Origin: Mobula hypostoma
Taxonomy: Eukaryota
Direction: 5' to 3'
Assembly (NCBI RefSeq): GCF_963921235.1
Contig: NC_086097.1
Coordinates: 66,342,001-66,406,000 of the forward strand
Length of the DNA stretch: 64,000 nucleotides
Shown here: in pieces, positions 36,016 through 48,130 of the stretch
Position numbering within the stretch: position 1 is the first letter of the stretch
How the letters are laid out: each line of letters opens with the position of its first letter
Translations under genes and position numbers: made by a program
The notes under the pieces: model-generated
What the model was told of the DNA's origin: nothing
Seen by the model: the letters and a program-made list of their open reading frames with translations, nothing else
Databases searched by the model: none

Positions 36016-39000
36016 TAGAAACATAGAAACATAGAAAATGGGTGTAGGAGTAGGCCATTTGGCCCTTCGAGCCTGCACAGCCATTTGGTACAATCATGAC
36101 TGATCATCCAACTCAGAACCCTGTACCTGCCTTCTCTCCATACCCCCTAATCCCTTTAGCCACAAGGGCCATATCTAACTCCCTCTTAAATATAGCCAAT
36201 GAACTGGCCTCAACTGTTTCCTGTGGCAGAGAATTCCACAGATTCACCACTCTCTGTGTGAAGAAGTTTTTCTTAATCTTGGTCCTAAAAGGCTTCCCCT
36301 TTATCCTCAAACTGTGACCCCTCGTTCTGGACTTCCCCAACATCGGGAACAATCTTCCTGCATCTAGCCTGTCCAATCCCTTTAGAATTTTATACATTTC
36401 AATCAGATCCCCCCCTCAATCTTCTAAATTCCAGAGAGTCTAAGCCTAGTCGATCCAGTCTTTCATCATATAAAAGTCCTGCCATCCCAGGAATCAATCT
36501 GGTGAACCTTCTTTGTACTCCCTCTATGGCAAGAATGTCTTTCCTCAGATTAGGAGACCAAAACTACACACAATACTCCAGGTGTGGTCTCACCAAGGCC
36601 TTGTACAACTGCAGTAGTACCTCCCTGCTCCTGTACTCGAATCCTCTTGCTATGAATGCCAGCATACCATTCGCCTTTTTCACCACCTGCTGTACCTGCA
36701 TGCCCACTTTCAATGACTGGTGTACAATGACACCCAGGTCTCGTTGCACCTCCCCTTTTCCTAATCGGCCACCATTCAGATAATAATCTGTTTTCCTGTT
36801 CTTGCCACCAAAGTGGATAACCTCACATTTATCCACATTAAATTGCATCTGCCATGAATTTGCCCACTCACCCAACCTATCCAAGTCATCCTGCATCCTC
36901 TTAGCATCCACCTCACAGTTAACACTGCTGTCCAGCTTCGTGTTATCTGCAAACTTGGAGATGCTGCATTTAATTCCCTTGTCTAAGTCATTAATATATA
37001 TTGTAAACAACTGGGGTCCCAGCACTGAGCCTTGCAGTACCCCACTAGTCACTGCCTGCCATTCTGAAAAGGACCCGTTTATTCCCACTCTTTGCTTCCT
37101 GTCTGCCAACCAATTCTCTATCTACATCAATACCATGCCCCCAATACCGTGTGCTTTAAGTTTGCACACTATCTCCTGTGTGGGACCTTGTCAAAAGCCT
37201 TTTGAAAATCCAAATATACCACATCTACTGGTTCTCCCCTATCCACTCTACTAGTTACATCCTCAAAGAATTCTATGAGATTCGTCAGACATGATTTTCC
37301 TTTCACAAATCCATGCTGACTTTGATGATTTCACCACTTTCCAAATGTGCTGTTATTACATTTTTGATAACTGACTCTAGCATTTTCCCCACCACCGATG
37401 TTAGGCCAACCGGTCTATAATTCCCCGGTTTCTCTCTCCCTCCTTTTTTAAAAAGCAGGGTTACATTGGCCACCCTCCTATCCTCAGGAACTAGTCCAGA
37501 ATCTAAAGAGCGTTGAAAAATTATCACTATTGCATCCACTATTTCTTGGGCTACTTCCTTAAGCAATCTGGGATGCAGACCATCTGGCCCTGGGGATTTA
37601 TCTGCCTTAAATCCCTTCAATTTACCTAACATCACTTCCCTGCTAACATATATTTTCCTCAGTTCCTCCATCTCACTAGACCCTCGGTCCCCTACTATAT
37701 CCGGAAGATTATTTATGTTCTCCTTAGTGAAGACAGAACCAAAGTAGTTATTCAGTTGGTCTGCCATGTCCTTGTTCCCCATGATCAATTCACCTGTTTC
37801 AGACTGTAAGGGACCTACATTTGTCTTAACCAATCTTTTTCTTTTCACATATCTATAAAAGCTTTTACAGTCAGTTTTTATGTTCCCTACCGGCCTTCTC
37901 TCATAATCTTTTTTCCCTTTCCTAATTAAGCCCTTTGTTCTCCACTGCTGGACTCTGAATTTCTCCCAGTCGTCAGGTGAGCCGCTTTTTCTGGCTAATT
38001 TGTATGATTCTTCTTTGGAATTGATACTATCCCTAATTTCCCTTGTCAGCCACAGGTGCACTACCTTCCCTGGTTTATTCTTTTGCCAAACTGGGATGAA
38101 CAATTGTTGTAGTTCATCGATGCGATCTTTAAATGCTTGCCATTGCATATCCACCGTCAGCCTTTAAGTATCATTTGCCAGTCTGTCTTAGCTAATTCAC
38201 GTCTCATACCTTCAAAGTTACCCTTCTTTAAGTTCAGAACCCTTGTTACTGAATTAACTATATCACTCTCCATCTTAATGAAGAATTCCACCATATTATG
38301 GTCACTCTTACCCAAGGGGCCTCACACGACAAGGTTGCTAACTAACCCTTCCTCATTGCTCAATACCCAATCTAGAATGGCCTGCTCTCTAGTTGGTTCC
38401 TGGAAATGTTGGTTCAGAAAACTATCCCGCATACATTCCAAGGAATCCTCTTCCTCAGCACCCTTACCAATTTGGTTCACCCAATCTATATGTAGATTGA
38501 AGTCACCCATTATAACAGCTGTTCCTTTATTGTATGCATTTCTAATTTCCTGTTTAATGCCATCCCCAACCTCACTACTACTGTTTGGTGGCCTGTACAC
38601 AACTCCCACCAGCATTTTCTGCCCCTTAATGTTATGCAGCTCTACCCATATCGATTCCACATCCTCCCACTAATATCCTTCCTTTCTATTGCGTTAATCT
38701 CCTCTCTAACCTGCCATGCCACCCCACCTCCTTTTCTTTCATGTCTATCCCTCCTGAATATTGAATATCCCTGAATGTTGAGCTCCCATCCTTGGTCACC
38801 CTGGAGCCATGTCTCTGGGATCCCAACTATATCATATTCATTAATAACTATCTGCACATTCAATTCCTCCACCTTGTTACGAATGCTCCTTGCATTGACA
38901 CACAAAGCCTTCAGGCTTGCTTTTACAACACTCTTAGCCCTTATACAATTATGTTGAAAAGTGGCCCTTTTTGATTTTTGCCCTGGATTTGCCAGCCTGC

Positions 39001-41506
39001 CACTTTTACTTTTCACCTTACTACTTTTTGCTTCTACCCTCATTTTACACCCCTCTGTCTCTCTGCACTTGTTCCCATCTCCCTGCCACATTAGTTTAAA
39101 TCCTCCTGAACAACAGTAGCAAACATTTCCCCTAGGACATTGGTTCCAGTCCAGCCCAGGTGCAGACCGTCCTGTTTTACCGGTCCCACCTCCTCCAGAA
39201 CTGGTTCCAATGCCCCAAAAATTTGAATCCCTCCCCCTTGCACCATTTTTCAAGCCACGTATTCATCTGAAGTATCCTCCTATTTCTACTCTGACTAGCA
39301 CGTGGCAATGTTCCGACAAGAACTGTCCTTTGTTATTCATATAACAAGCCATGGGTAACAAAGGACATTAAGGACATCCTGAATGCTCAGAAAAGAGCGT
39401 TTAGAGATGGAAATAGGGAGGAGCTGAGGGGAATACAAAGGGACCTGAAAGCCAGGATCAGGGAGGCTAAAGACAGGTACAGGAGGAAGCTTGAGTGGAA
39501 ACTCCAGCAGAACAACATGAGAGAGGTCTGGAGGGGGATGAGGACCATCACTGGGTTCCGGCAAACTAGCAACAGAGGAGCTGAAGGCAGTGTGGACAGG
39601 GCCAATGAACTTAACCTGTTCTTTAACAGATTTGACATTGTGGCCTCTGCCCATCCCCCACATGAGCCATCTGTTGTCGGCCCCCAACCAACACATATTC
39701 CACTCTCCCCTCCTACCCCTCCTCACAGTCCCCCACCCTGCTCTCATGACTATACTCCTTCCCCACACGAAACCACCATGGTGGGCTTCACAGCTGAACA
39801 GGTGAGAAGACAGCTGAAACGTCTCAACCCGAGCAAGGCTGCAGGACCGGATGGTGTCAGTACCAGGGTGCTCAAAGCCTGTGCTCCTCAGCTATGTGGA
39901 GTACTTCGCCATGTATTCAACCTGAGCCTGAGGCTCCGGAGGGTTCCTGTACTGTGGAAGTCGTCCTGCCTCGTCCCTGTGCCGAAGACGTCGCGCCCCG
40001 GTGGCCTCAATGACTACAGACCGGTGGCATTGACATCCCACATCATGAAGACCCTGGAGAGACTTGTTCTGGAGCTGCTCTGGCCTATGGTCAGGCCACA
40101 CTTAGATCCACTCCAGTTCGCCCGCCAGCCCCGACTAGAAGTTGAGAATGCCATCGTCTACCTGCTGAACCGTGTCTACGCCCACCTGGACAAGCCAGCG
40201 AGCACTGTGAGGGTCATGTTTTTTGACTTCTCCAGTGCGTTCAACACCATCCGCCCTGCTGTACTGGGGGAGAAGCTGACAGCGATGCAGGTGGATGCTT
40301 CCCTGGTGTCATGGATTCTTGATTACCTGACTGGCAGACCACAGTACGTGTGCTTGCAACACTGTGTGTCCAACAGAGTGATCAGCAGCACTGGGGCTCC
40401 ACAGGGGACTATCTTGTCTCCCTATCTCTTCACCATTTACACCTCGGACTTCAACTACTGCACAGAGTCTTGTCATCTTCAGAAGTTTTCAGATGACTCT
40501 GCCATAGTTGGATGCATCAGCAAGGGAGATGAGGCTGAGTACAGGGCTACAGTGTCACATGGTGTGAGCAGAATTATCTGCAGCTTAATGTGAAAAAGTC
40601 TAAGGAGCTGGTGGTAGACCTGAGGAGAGCTAAGGTACCGGTGACCCCTGTTTCCATCCAGGGGTTCAGTGTGGACATAGTGGAGGATTACAAATACCTG
40701 GGGATACGAATTGACAATAAACTGGACTGGTCAAAGAACACTGAGGCTGTCTACAAGAAGGGTCAGAGCCGTCTCTATTTCCTGAGGAGACTGAGGTCCT
40801 TTAACATCTGCCGGCCGATGCTGAGGATGTTCTACGAGTCTGTGGTGGCCAGTGCTATCATGTTTGCTGTTGTGTGCTGGGGCAGCAGGCTGAGGGTAGC
40901 AGACACCAACAGAATCAACAAACTCATTCGTAAGGCCAGTGATGTTGTGGGGATGGAACTGGACTCTCTGACGGTGGTGTCTGAAAAGAGGATGCTGTCC
41001 AAGTTGCATGCCATCTTGGACAATGTCTCTCATCCACTACATAATGTACTGGTTGGGCACAGGAATACTTTCAGCCAGAGACTCATTCCACCGATATGCA
41101 ACACAGAGCGTCATAGGAAGTCATTCCTGCCTGTGGTCATCAAACTTTACAACTCCTCCCTTGGAGGGTCAGACACCCTGAGCCAATAGGCTGGTCCTGG
41201 TCTTATTTCCTGGCATAATTTACATATTACTATTTAACTATTTATGGTTTTATTACTATTTATTATTTATGGCGCAACCGTAACGAAAACCAATTTCCCC
41301 CAGGATCAATAAAGTATGACTATGACTATGGTAGTAATCCATAGATTATTACATTTGTGGTCCTACTTTTTAGTTTATCTCCTAACTCCCTAAATTCACC
41401 TTGTAGGACCTCATCTCATTTTTTACCTATATCGTTGGTACCTATGTGCACCACGACCACTGGCTGTTCACCTTCCCACTCCAGAATGTCCTGCAGCCAC
41501 TCAGAG
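36016..41506 (-). mobile_element. CR1-type LINE with largely preserved ORF2, interrupted by Rex1
   Basis: ORFs 38642..39253, 38322..38660, 37303..38154, 36564..37109 (QGSVLGP, FADN) and 36113..36397; (tagaaaca)n tail; ORF1 resumes at 41331..41506. Confidence 0.95.
39311..41330 (+). mobile_element. Rex1 LINE, 5'-truncated, near-intact RT
   Basis: KAAGPDG, YRPVALTSHIMK, FFDFSSAFNTI, PQGTILSP, FSDD, QSRLYFLRRLRSF; one frameshift near 40550; AATAAA plus (tatgac)n tail. Confidence 0.93.
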
Positions 41507-42201
41507 GTGTCAGAGCTGTATATAAACCTGTGTGCAGTCAAGGTGTTTCAATTGATTGTAGTGAAAATACACCTGTATCTGTGTAATGCCCTGGCTCATG
41601 TTTTTACTGTTATGCTGTATGTATTTCATTTTGGCAGTTCTGTAAGAGCAGTTTATTTGAGTTACTGTTGAAGATAAGGGATGATGTGGAATGTGTGTCA
41701 TCCAATTAGCGAGTGGTTTTCTTGATGAGGGACAATAAGGTTGGACTTGCTTTTTTTGAGTTTGGCGGGAGATGAAGAGAGAAGATGCTAGGGAGAACAG
41801 TCGTAGCATACGATGCAGTGGGAAACCCCTTTGTTTGAGATGGTTTGTGTGCGGCGTTCGGAAGGTGGTGTGAGCGTTCATGCTGATGGGCCCAGCTCGT
41901 GAGTGACAGAGAAGTTCAAGATGAGCTCCAACTTGTGCGTATTTGACGTTTAATTAGAATGGGCCCTTTTCTTTTTGTTATTCTTTACTAACCCTCTAGT
42001 TAAATTAATATTTATAAATATGATTACTTTAATTGTAAGCAGTGTGCTGTCTGTTATTTTGTGGCACTAGTTTGTAACAGGGTAGCAAATGACACAGCAT
42101 CCACACAAACGGGGTGTTGGGGTGGGAGAGCACCTCAATCTCGTGAGTTTGGCAGGTTGGATGTTGTCTTCCCGAGACTTACGCAGCCAAGGAAACCAGG
42201 G

Positions 42202-42352
42202 CTTCCTTCAGTTAGTCCTGACGAAGGGTCTCGGCCTGAAACGTCGACGGTACCTCTTCCTAGAGATGCTGCCTGGCCTGCTGCGTTCACCAGCAACTTT
42301 GATGTGTGTTGCTTGAATTTCCAGCATCTGCAGAATTCCTGTTGTTTGCGTT
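42202..42352 (+). mobile_element. Penelope-like pLTR inserted at the end of the Gypsy LTR
   Basis: Near-identical to 5371..5472 and 49182..49292. Confidence 0.85.
42213..42250 (+). ncRNA. Minimal type I hammerhead ribozyme motif
   Basis: TAGTC-CTGACGA-AGG(gtctcgg)CCT-GAAACGTC-GACGG; intact core, stem I shortened to GTC/GAC. Confidence 0.7.
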
Positions 42353-45300
42353 TCATTTCAGGATCGATTTTGTTAGATGCTGTGTGATTGTCCTGAGCAT
42401 TGATCCAGTGGGTTGTGTATCTAAGTCTGTGTTAAACTATTGTTCAGTAAAGTGATTACAATATGCGGTTATGGATGCTGCAGGGGTTGAGCGATGGTTT
42501 GAATCCACAGAGTTACCGGTAACAAATGTGTGTGTATTGAATGGGGTAGATATTCGTATTCCTGACGAGTTGTAAATTCGAACTCTATAAGTACTGTTAA
42601 AGCCGTAGGAGCAGTTACGATTGTGGAGCGGAGGTTTGATAAAATGGCAGGCAAAGTCTTTGTTTTAGTTCAGAGTAGTGCCAATGTAATGGTGGAGTAA
42701 CTGCCTGGTACTATTGGAGCTCCAGGAGGAGGAGAGTGTAGGAGAGTGGGCCGAATTGCTAGGGGAGTCTCTTGTAGCTGGGGATGGAGACTTCAAAGAC
42801 AAGTTTCTGCGGAGCAAGGGGAAGGAGTGATCTGATTTGGAATGTCTAATGAGTCCCCCAGTGAAGAGTACGACTTCTGAGTTGGTACAAGCCTTTACCT
42901 CCCTGGTAAATAAATGGCTCAGTGCCCAGGCAGAGGGTCCTAGCTATCAACAGCTAAGAATGTTCTCAGGGATGAAGCCCACCCCTGAGGGGGAAGAGGA
43001 GTATGAGGCTTGGGCGGAGCAGACCTCTCGGATGTTAGATGAGTGGCAGTGCTCTGATGACATAAAAAGATGGTGATTGGTTGAGAGTTTGAGAGGCCGG
43101 GCTGCTGATGTAGTGAGAGCCGTAAAGATATAGAACCCCTTTGCTACCTCTGTGGCTTACATGCAAGTGCTAGAAAAGGTGCTTGGCGCGATGGGAAGCC
43201 CAATGGGGCTTATGGCGGGGTTTCAGAACATGTTTCAGGAGAAGGGGAAGAAGCTTTCTGCCTACATTTTTCAGCTAGAGAGGAAGCTAAATTGTTTGCG
43301 GTGTAGAAGGTTCATTCAAACGGCTGAGGTGAATCAGCTAAGGATGGAGCAAGTGGCGAAAGGCACCCATTCGCCGGACCTGATCGCTTGGAGTCTCCGA
43401 ATGTCTCGTAACACGCACCCCCTCCCTTATTTGTTGAGCTGCTCAGAGAAGTAAGAGAGGAGGAGGAGAATGCAATGGAGGCACGGGAGGCCTCCGCCCG
43501 CAGGGTACAGTCCTCAGTAGTGGTCCCCTTACCCACCCTGGGTAGTGATAAAGCAGCTTGTGGCAGAGTTTAGGACTGAGATATACCCAGTTGTCACCAG
43601 AGGGTGCAGCCCCTCCCCCGTTTGATAGAGCTGATAGGGAGGCGGATCCCCTAAGGGGATGGGCTACGCAAAGGGCTGCTAGTGGCTGGGGTCCCGTGAG
43701 AAGGGGAGCAGCTGGTATTTTCTGTTATACTGTAACTGTGGTGAAGAGGGACGCCTGGAGGGAGTGTGATCGGCGGGAAACCCTTTGGAGAGTGAACCCC
43801 TGGGCACCTAAACAGAAAGACCCAGTGAGGGAACGGCCTGGCATATCGCGGGGCAGGGGGAGGGAACATGTTCCCAGCAATATATCAAGGAACACCCTAA
43901 AACAAAAAACCTATTCCTGAAGGCTTAGTGGGGCCAAGCTCCAATGGATTGAGGGTATTTGTGCTAGAGCCATACTTGACACCGGCTCTCAGGTTACTCT
44001 GCTGTACCGTTCGTTTTACAACCGGTATTTGACACATTTACCCTTGACGCTCTTCAGCGCGCTAGAGATCTGGGGTCTTAGTATGGATGACTATCCGTAC
44101 AATGGCTACTTGTCATTGAAGCTGGAGTTTTTGGAGGCAGATATGGGAGTAGCTGAGGTCTTTGATACATTAGTGTTGGTTTGTCCGGACCCAGTCGAGA
44201 GGGACGAAGCTTCAATTCTCGTGGGGATGAATACTCCTATTGTGAGGAGGCATCAAGGAGAAAGCTGGAGAAAGCTTTCTGAAGGCATTGCCCATTCACC
44301 CTGTGTTCCGAGCTGCTTTTGAGGGAAGAGCGTGGCCACACTGGGCTGGATGATGAGCATAAGTGAGGGACTGTGTGGTTCGCCCAGTCCAAACCAGTCG
44401 TTATGGCCTGGGGAAGTAGTGAGAGTGATGGGAAACCCCAAATTTCCCAGAATGCCCGAGGCTGAGGCCCTTTTGGTGGATGCTCTAGAAGACCACGAAG
44501 AGGAGTCAGGCTTACCTGCTGGGGTACTGGTGAGGCCCGAACTGCAGACGCCCTCGGTTGTACAGGTGAAGAGGATGACAGTGAGTATCAGGAACATTTC
44601 GGAGCAGGAGGTCACCCTCAGGGGGGAATGCCAATGGCGCACCTCTTCCTGGTGACAGAGCTTAAGCAGTTTTGTAAAGAAGAATGGGGAAAAATGCAGC
44701 GTCTAAACGTGCAAAGCTGATAGAGACTTATCCACACAGCCTCAAGGCTGTAATTGCTGGCAAAGGTGCATCTACTAAGTACTGACGTAAAGGGGGAGAG
44801 GAATTATGTAATCAATTATTTTGTAATACTTGTAATAAATTTAGACCAATTTGTAAAATCTGTTTTCACTTTGACATGGAAGAGTCTTTTCTGTTGATCA
44901 GTGTCAAAAAAGCCAAATTAAATCCACTGTGATTCAATGTTGTAAAACAATAAGATATGAAAACTTCCAAGGGGGTGAATACTTTTTATAGGCACTGTAT
45001 GTCAATAATGTGATGCTAGGCACAGGAGTGTCTGCACATAAGGTGACTGACAGAAAATAGTAAAGTAGTGGTGGTTGGGGGTGTGGAGGGGTGAGTTAGT
45101 GGGCAGACATGTTTATCAGCCTTACTGCTTGGGGAAAGTAACTGTTTTTGAGTCTGGTTGTTACAGCATGGATGCTATGTAGCCTCCTCCCTGATGGGAG
45201 TGGGACAAACTGTTAAGGAGCAAGGTGGGTGGGATCCTTCATGATGCTACTGGCCCTTTTCTGACACCTTTTATATATGTCTTGATGGCAGATAGGCTGG

Positions 45301-45869
45301 TGCTGGTGATGTGTTGGGCAGTTTTGACTGCCTGATTTTTGAGCTTTCCTATCTGCCGCAATGTAGTTTCCATACCATGTAGTGTTGCAACAGGTTAGGA
45401 TGCTCGCTGCTATGCATCTGTTGAAAGATGTGAGTATAGATGTGCATAATCCAGCTCTCCAGCCTCCTCAGAAAGTAGCTGAGTTGGTAAGCATTCCTGA
45501 TTGTGTAAGATATTTTCTGGAACCAGGAGAGATTGTGCAAGATGTGCACTCCCAGGAGATTGAAACTGTGCTTGCAATAGGCACTGTTGTGCCACCAATG
45601 TAAAAAGAAGTCTGAGTGGTGCCAGTTCCCGTGAAGTCGATAACCATCTCCATTTTCTTGTTGACATCGAGGAACAGATTATTGTACTGCAAGGAGTAAT
45701 TGTTGTGCAATTGTTTTTGGTTCCTTAAAAATTAATGTGGCCATTTTGATGTTAAACCATTAGCCAAATTTTAGGTTTTAATAAAATAATAAGTAGCTGA
45801 TCAAAAATGATGAATGAGAGATTAATGCAGTTACTGATATCATGATGTGATGCTTTTGTTTAATTCTAG

Positions 45870-46006
45870 GCTTTTATCTTAAACCCCAGAAGAACAGATG
45901 CTATGATGAGACATGGCCAATATTATTTTAAGAATTCTAGCTGGCCTATAGCAATTAAAGATTTTACAGAATTAATTGAAGAGGAGCCTAACAATTCTCA
46001 AGCAAG
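45870..46006 (+). CDS. TTC6: TTC6-like exon I (phase 0 to 2), TPR, probable GC donor
   Basis: ttttgtttaattctag|GCT...GCAAG|gcaagc; AFILNPRRTDAMMRHGQYYFKNSSWPIAIKDFTELIEEEPNNSQAR; an alternative same-phase GT lies 9 nt downstream. Confidence 0.85.
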
Positions 46007-46639
46007 GCAAGCTATGTAACTTTAAAATATTTTTAAAGCTTCCTTTCTATAATGTACATTTTTAAAGATAGAAGTTTTAAAGATAGATATATTTGCTGTA
46101 TATTTCCAAATTGTTTCTGTAAGCTAGTGGAAAATCTTTGGAATATTTAGCTAATCCTCACAAATAGTGTTAATGCTGTTTCTTCTTGATTTCCTTATGC
46201 CTTCTACCAAAATGATGGTAGTTGATTGGAAAGCCAATATGGAAATTTATGAGTCAGTGTAAGTAATAATAATTAAGCTTATGTTCTAATATCAATACAT
46301 GTTTTAAATCAGGCACGTTTTAAACCAAGAATTGTGGTGTAGAAAAATATTTTGAGCTTTCATTTCAGTTCATTTTTGGAAATTGTTGCTGTTTTGCTTC
46401 ACAGCAATACAGAATGTCACCACCTTTTCTTGACTTTCACTGGCATTACCACTATCAATATCTTTGGGATCATCATTGATCAGAAACTCAACTGGAACAG
46501 TTAAATAAATACAATATCTACAAGAAATAGTCAAAGGCAGGGTATTTTGCAGCGTGACTAGCCTCTTGACACCCTTTGACCATTCCGCCACCTAGAGGAT
46601 GGAAGTCAGGATTATGATGGTGCACTGCTAGAATGAAAT

Positions 46640-47020
46640 CAGTTCCAACAACATGGAGTATTGTGTGCAATTCTGGTTGCCATGCTATAAGAAATATGTG
46701 ATTAAGCTAGTGAGAGTGCAGAAAATATTCACAGAAATGTTGCCTGTCTAGAAGGCTTAAGTAATGGGGAGGCAGAGACTTTTTTTCCTGGAGTGAAGGA
46801 GGCTGAAGAGTGACATGTAGAAGTTTTTTTAAAAAATGATGATGGGGTATAGAGAAGGTAGATTGTCACAGCCTTTTTCCCAGGACAGAGTCTGAAACTG
46901 GAAGCCACAGGTTTGTGAGATGGGAATATTTTTAAGAGGATCTGAGAGGCAATATTTTCATATAGAGGATGGTGGTTATATGGAGTGAGCTGCCCATAAA
47001 AGGTAGTGGATGGAGTGCAT
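46640..47020 (+). mobile_element. Old CR1 3' fragment
   Basis: catggagtattgtgtgcaattctggttgcca (HMEYCVQFWLP) and following CR1-like sequence. Confidence 0.7.
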
Positions 47021-47649
47021 TCTGCCTGGAGGTCGATGACTACTGGTGTCAGACTCAGCGGTTCAAGCAAAGGGATGATTGGTGTTTCAGGACTGAGTGA
47101 GACACATTATAGCTAGTATATAGATGTGAAAGTGAGGCGGTACAATGGACATAGAATAGCAGGTGGTGGGGGAGAGATGGATTAGGCAGATGGGAATTGG
47201 TTAGGAAAGGGATGGAGTAGGAAAAATGAATCATCTGCCGATCATCGACATCTGTATCACTTAGGTTGATAGGTATGTGGTTGATGGGCAGATGGAACCA
47301 GATGGGAGTTGGTAATGAGTCTAAGCATCGAAGAAGAGAGGGAAGGAATGGAAAATGTGAACAAAGAGAGAGAGCACAGGGGTGGACAAGTAGGAATGTG
47401 AAAGGAGCATAGTGCATTGTAAGTAAGTGAACATTTAATGCAATCATTGTAAATTCACAGCAACAAGCAAAAAGCTGGCAGAACTTGGTGGATCAGGCAG
47501 CAACTATGGAGGGAAATAGACAGTTGTAATTTGGGTTAAGCCCCTTCACCTGGACTTTATTTGCCTCTAGAAGATAATAATAATATGCATTTTTCTATAA
47601 CCCAGTAAAATTAGTTGGGTGGGCAGCATGGGTAACCCAGTAAACCCAG

Positions 47650-48130
47650 AATCTCCGGAGGGGAAGGCCCCGAGTCCTCGGCTTTGCTTGTTGCTTGGTG
47701 GCCGGGGCCAGGGTCGAAGCATTCGGCAGAGGTTGGTGCTTGGTGCTCGGTGTCAGAGGGCTGGTCGGAGGCTTGAAGTTTTCAGACGGACTCAGAGTCG
47801 GCTGCGGTCGGGTGCTTCCAGTACATCGGCAAGTTTGCGGCGCTTGCAGGTTCATGGTAGGGAGAGTTTCTCCCTTCTACCATCTGCGTAAGATGATGAG
47901 GCTATCGGGACTTGAGACTTTTTTTCACCGTGCCCATGGTCTGCTCTTTATCAAATTACAGTATTGCTTTGCACTGTTGTAACTATGTTATAATTATGTG
48001 GTTTTGTCAGTTTTTAGTCTTTGTTTGTCCTGTGTTTCTATGATATCTTTCTGGAGGAACATTGTATCATTTTTTAATGTATGCATTTCTAAATGACAAT
48101 AAATGAGGACTGAGTGTCCTCATAATCTAA
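47650..48130 (+). mobile_element. Non-coding retroelement with LINE-type 3' tail (probably 5'-truncated)
   Basis: GC/CpG-rich body, T-rich 3' region, gacaataaa signal followed by ataatctaa. Confidence 0.55.

Larger units (their letters stand above)
41582..44656 (+). mobile_element. Gypsy LTR retrotransposon, 5' half (LTR, PNMA-like gag, protease); rest deleted
   Basis: Putative LTR TGTAATG..TTTCA (41582 to about 42355); gag from ATG 42471 with LRMFSG...GEEEYEAW and LVESLRGRAAD; protease ILDTGSQVTL near 43970-44000. Confidence 0.85.
35740..44997 (+). mobile_element. Tc1-type transposon with long TIRs, broken by nested insertions and internally deleted
   Basis: 35740..35955 is a diverged inverted copy of about 44790..44997; TA on both flanks; transposase C-terminus ELKQFCKEEWGK...LIETYPHSLKAVIAGKGASTKY* at about 44657..44785. 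Confidence 0.88.
35489..45692 (-). mobile_element. Rex1/Babar-type LINE remnant in two pieces (35489..35739 and 45000..45692) hosting a transposon nest
   Basis: Reversed tail (attaaa) at about 35490-35510; reversed LDVNKKMEMVIDF and SSEHPNLLQHYMVWKL region at 45350-45690. Confidence 0.65.

Noticed and set aside
36113..40593. Long RT ORFs as host genes or a novel RT system
   Set aside because: They are ordinary CR1 and Rex1 ORF2 fragments with frameshifts and typical LINE tails
42061..42387. ORFs sharing VSPDEGSRPETST (also 48903..49358 and the reverse frames)
   Set aside because: Chance frames across the non-coding Penelope terminal repeat, not a protein family
46585..46598. CTCF-like ccgccacctagagg
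   Set aside because: It lies in what looks like decayed LINE coding sequence and has no other support
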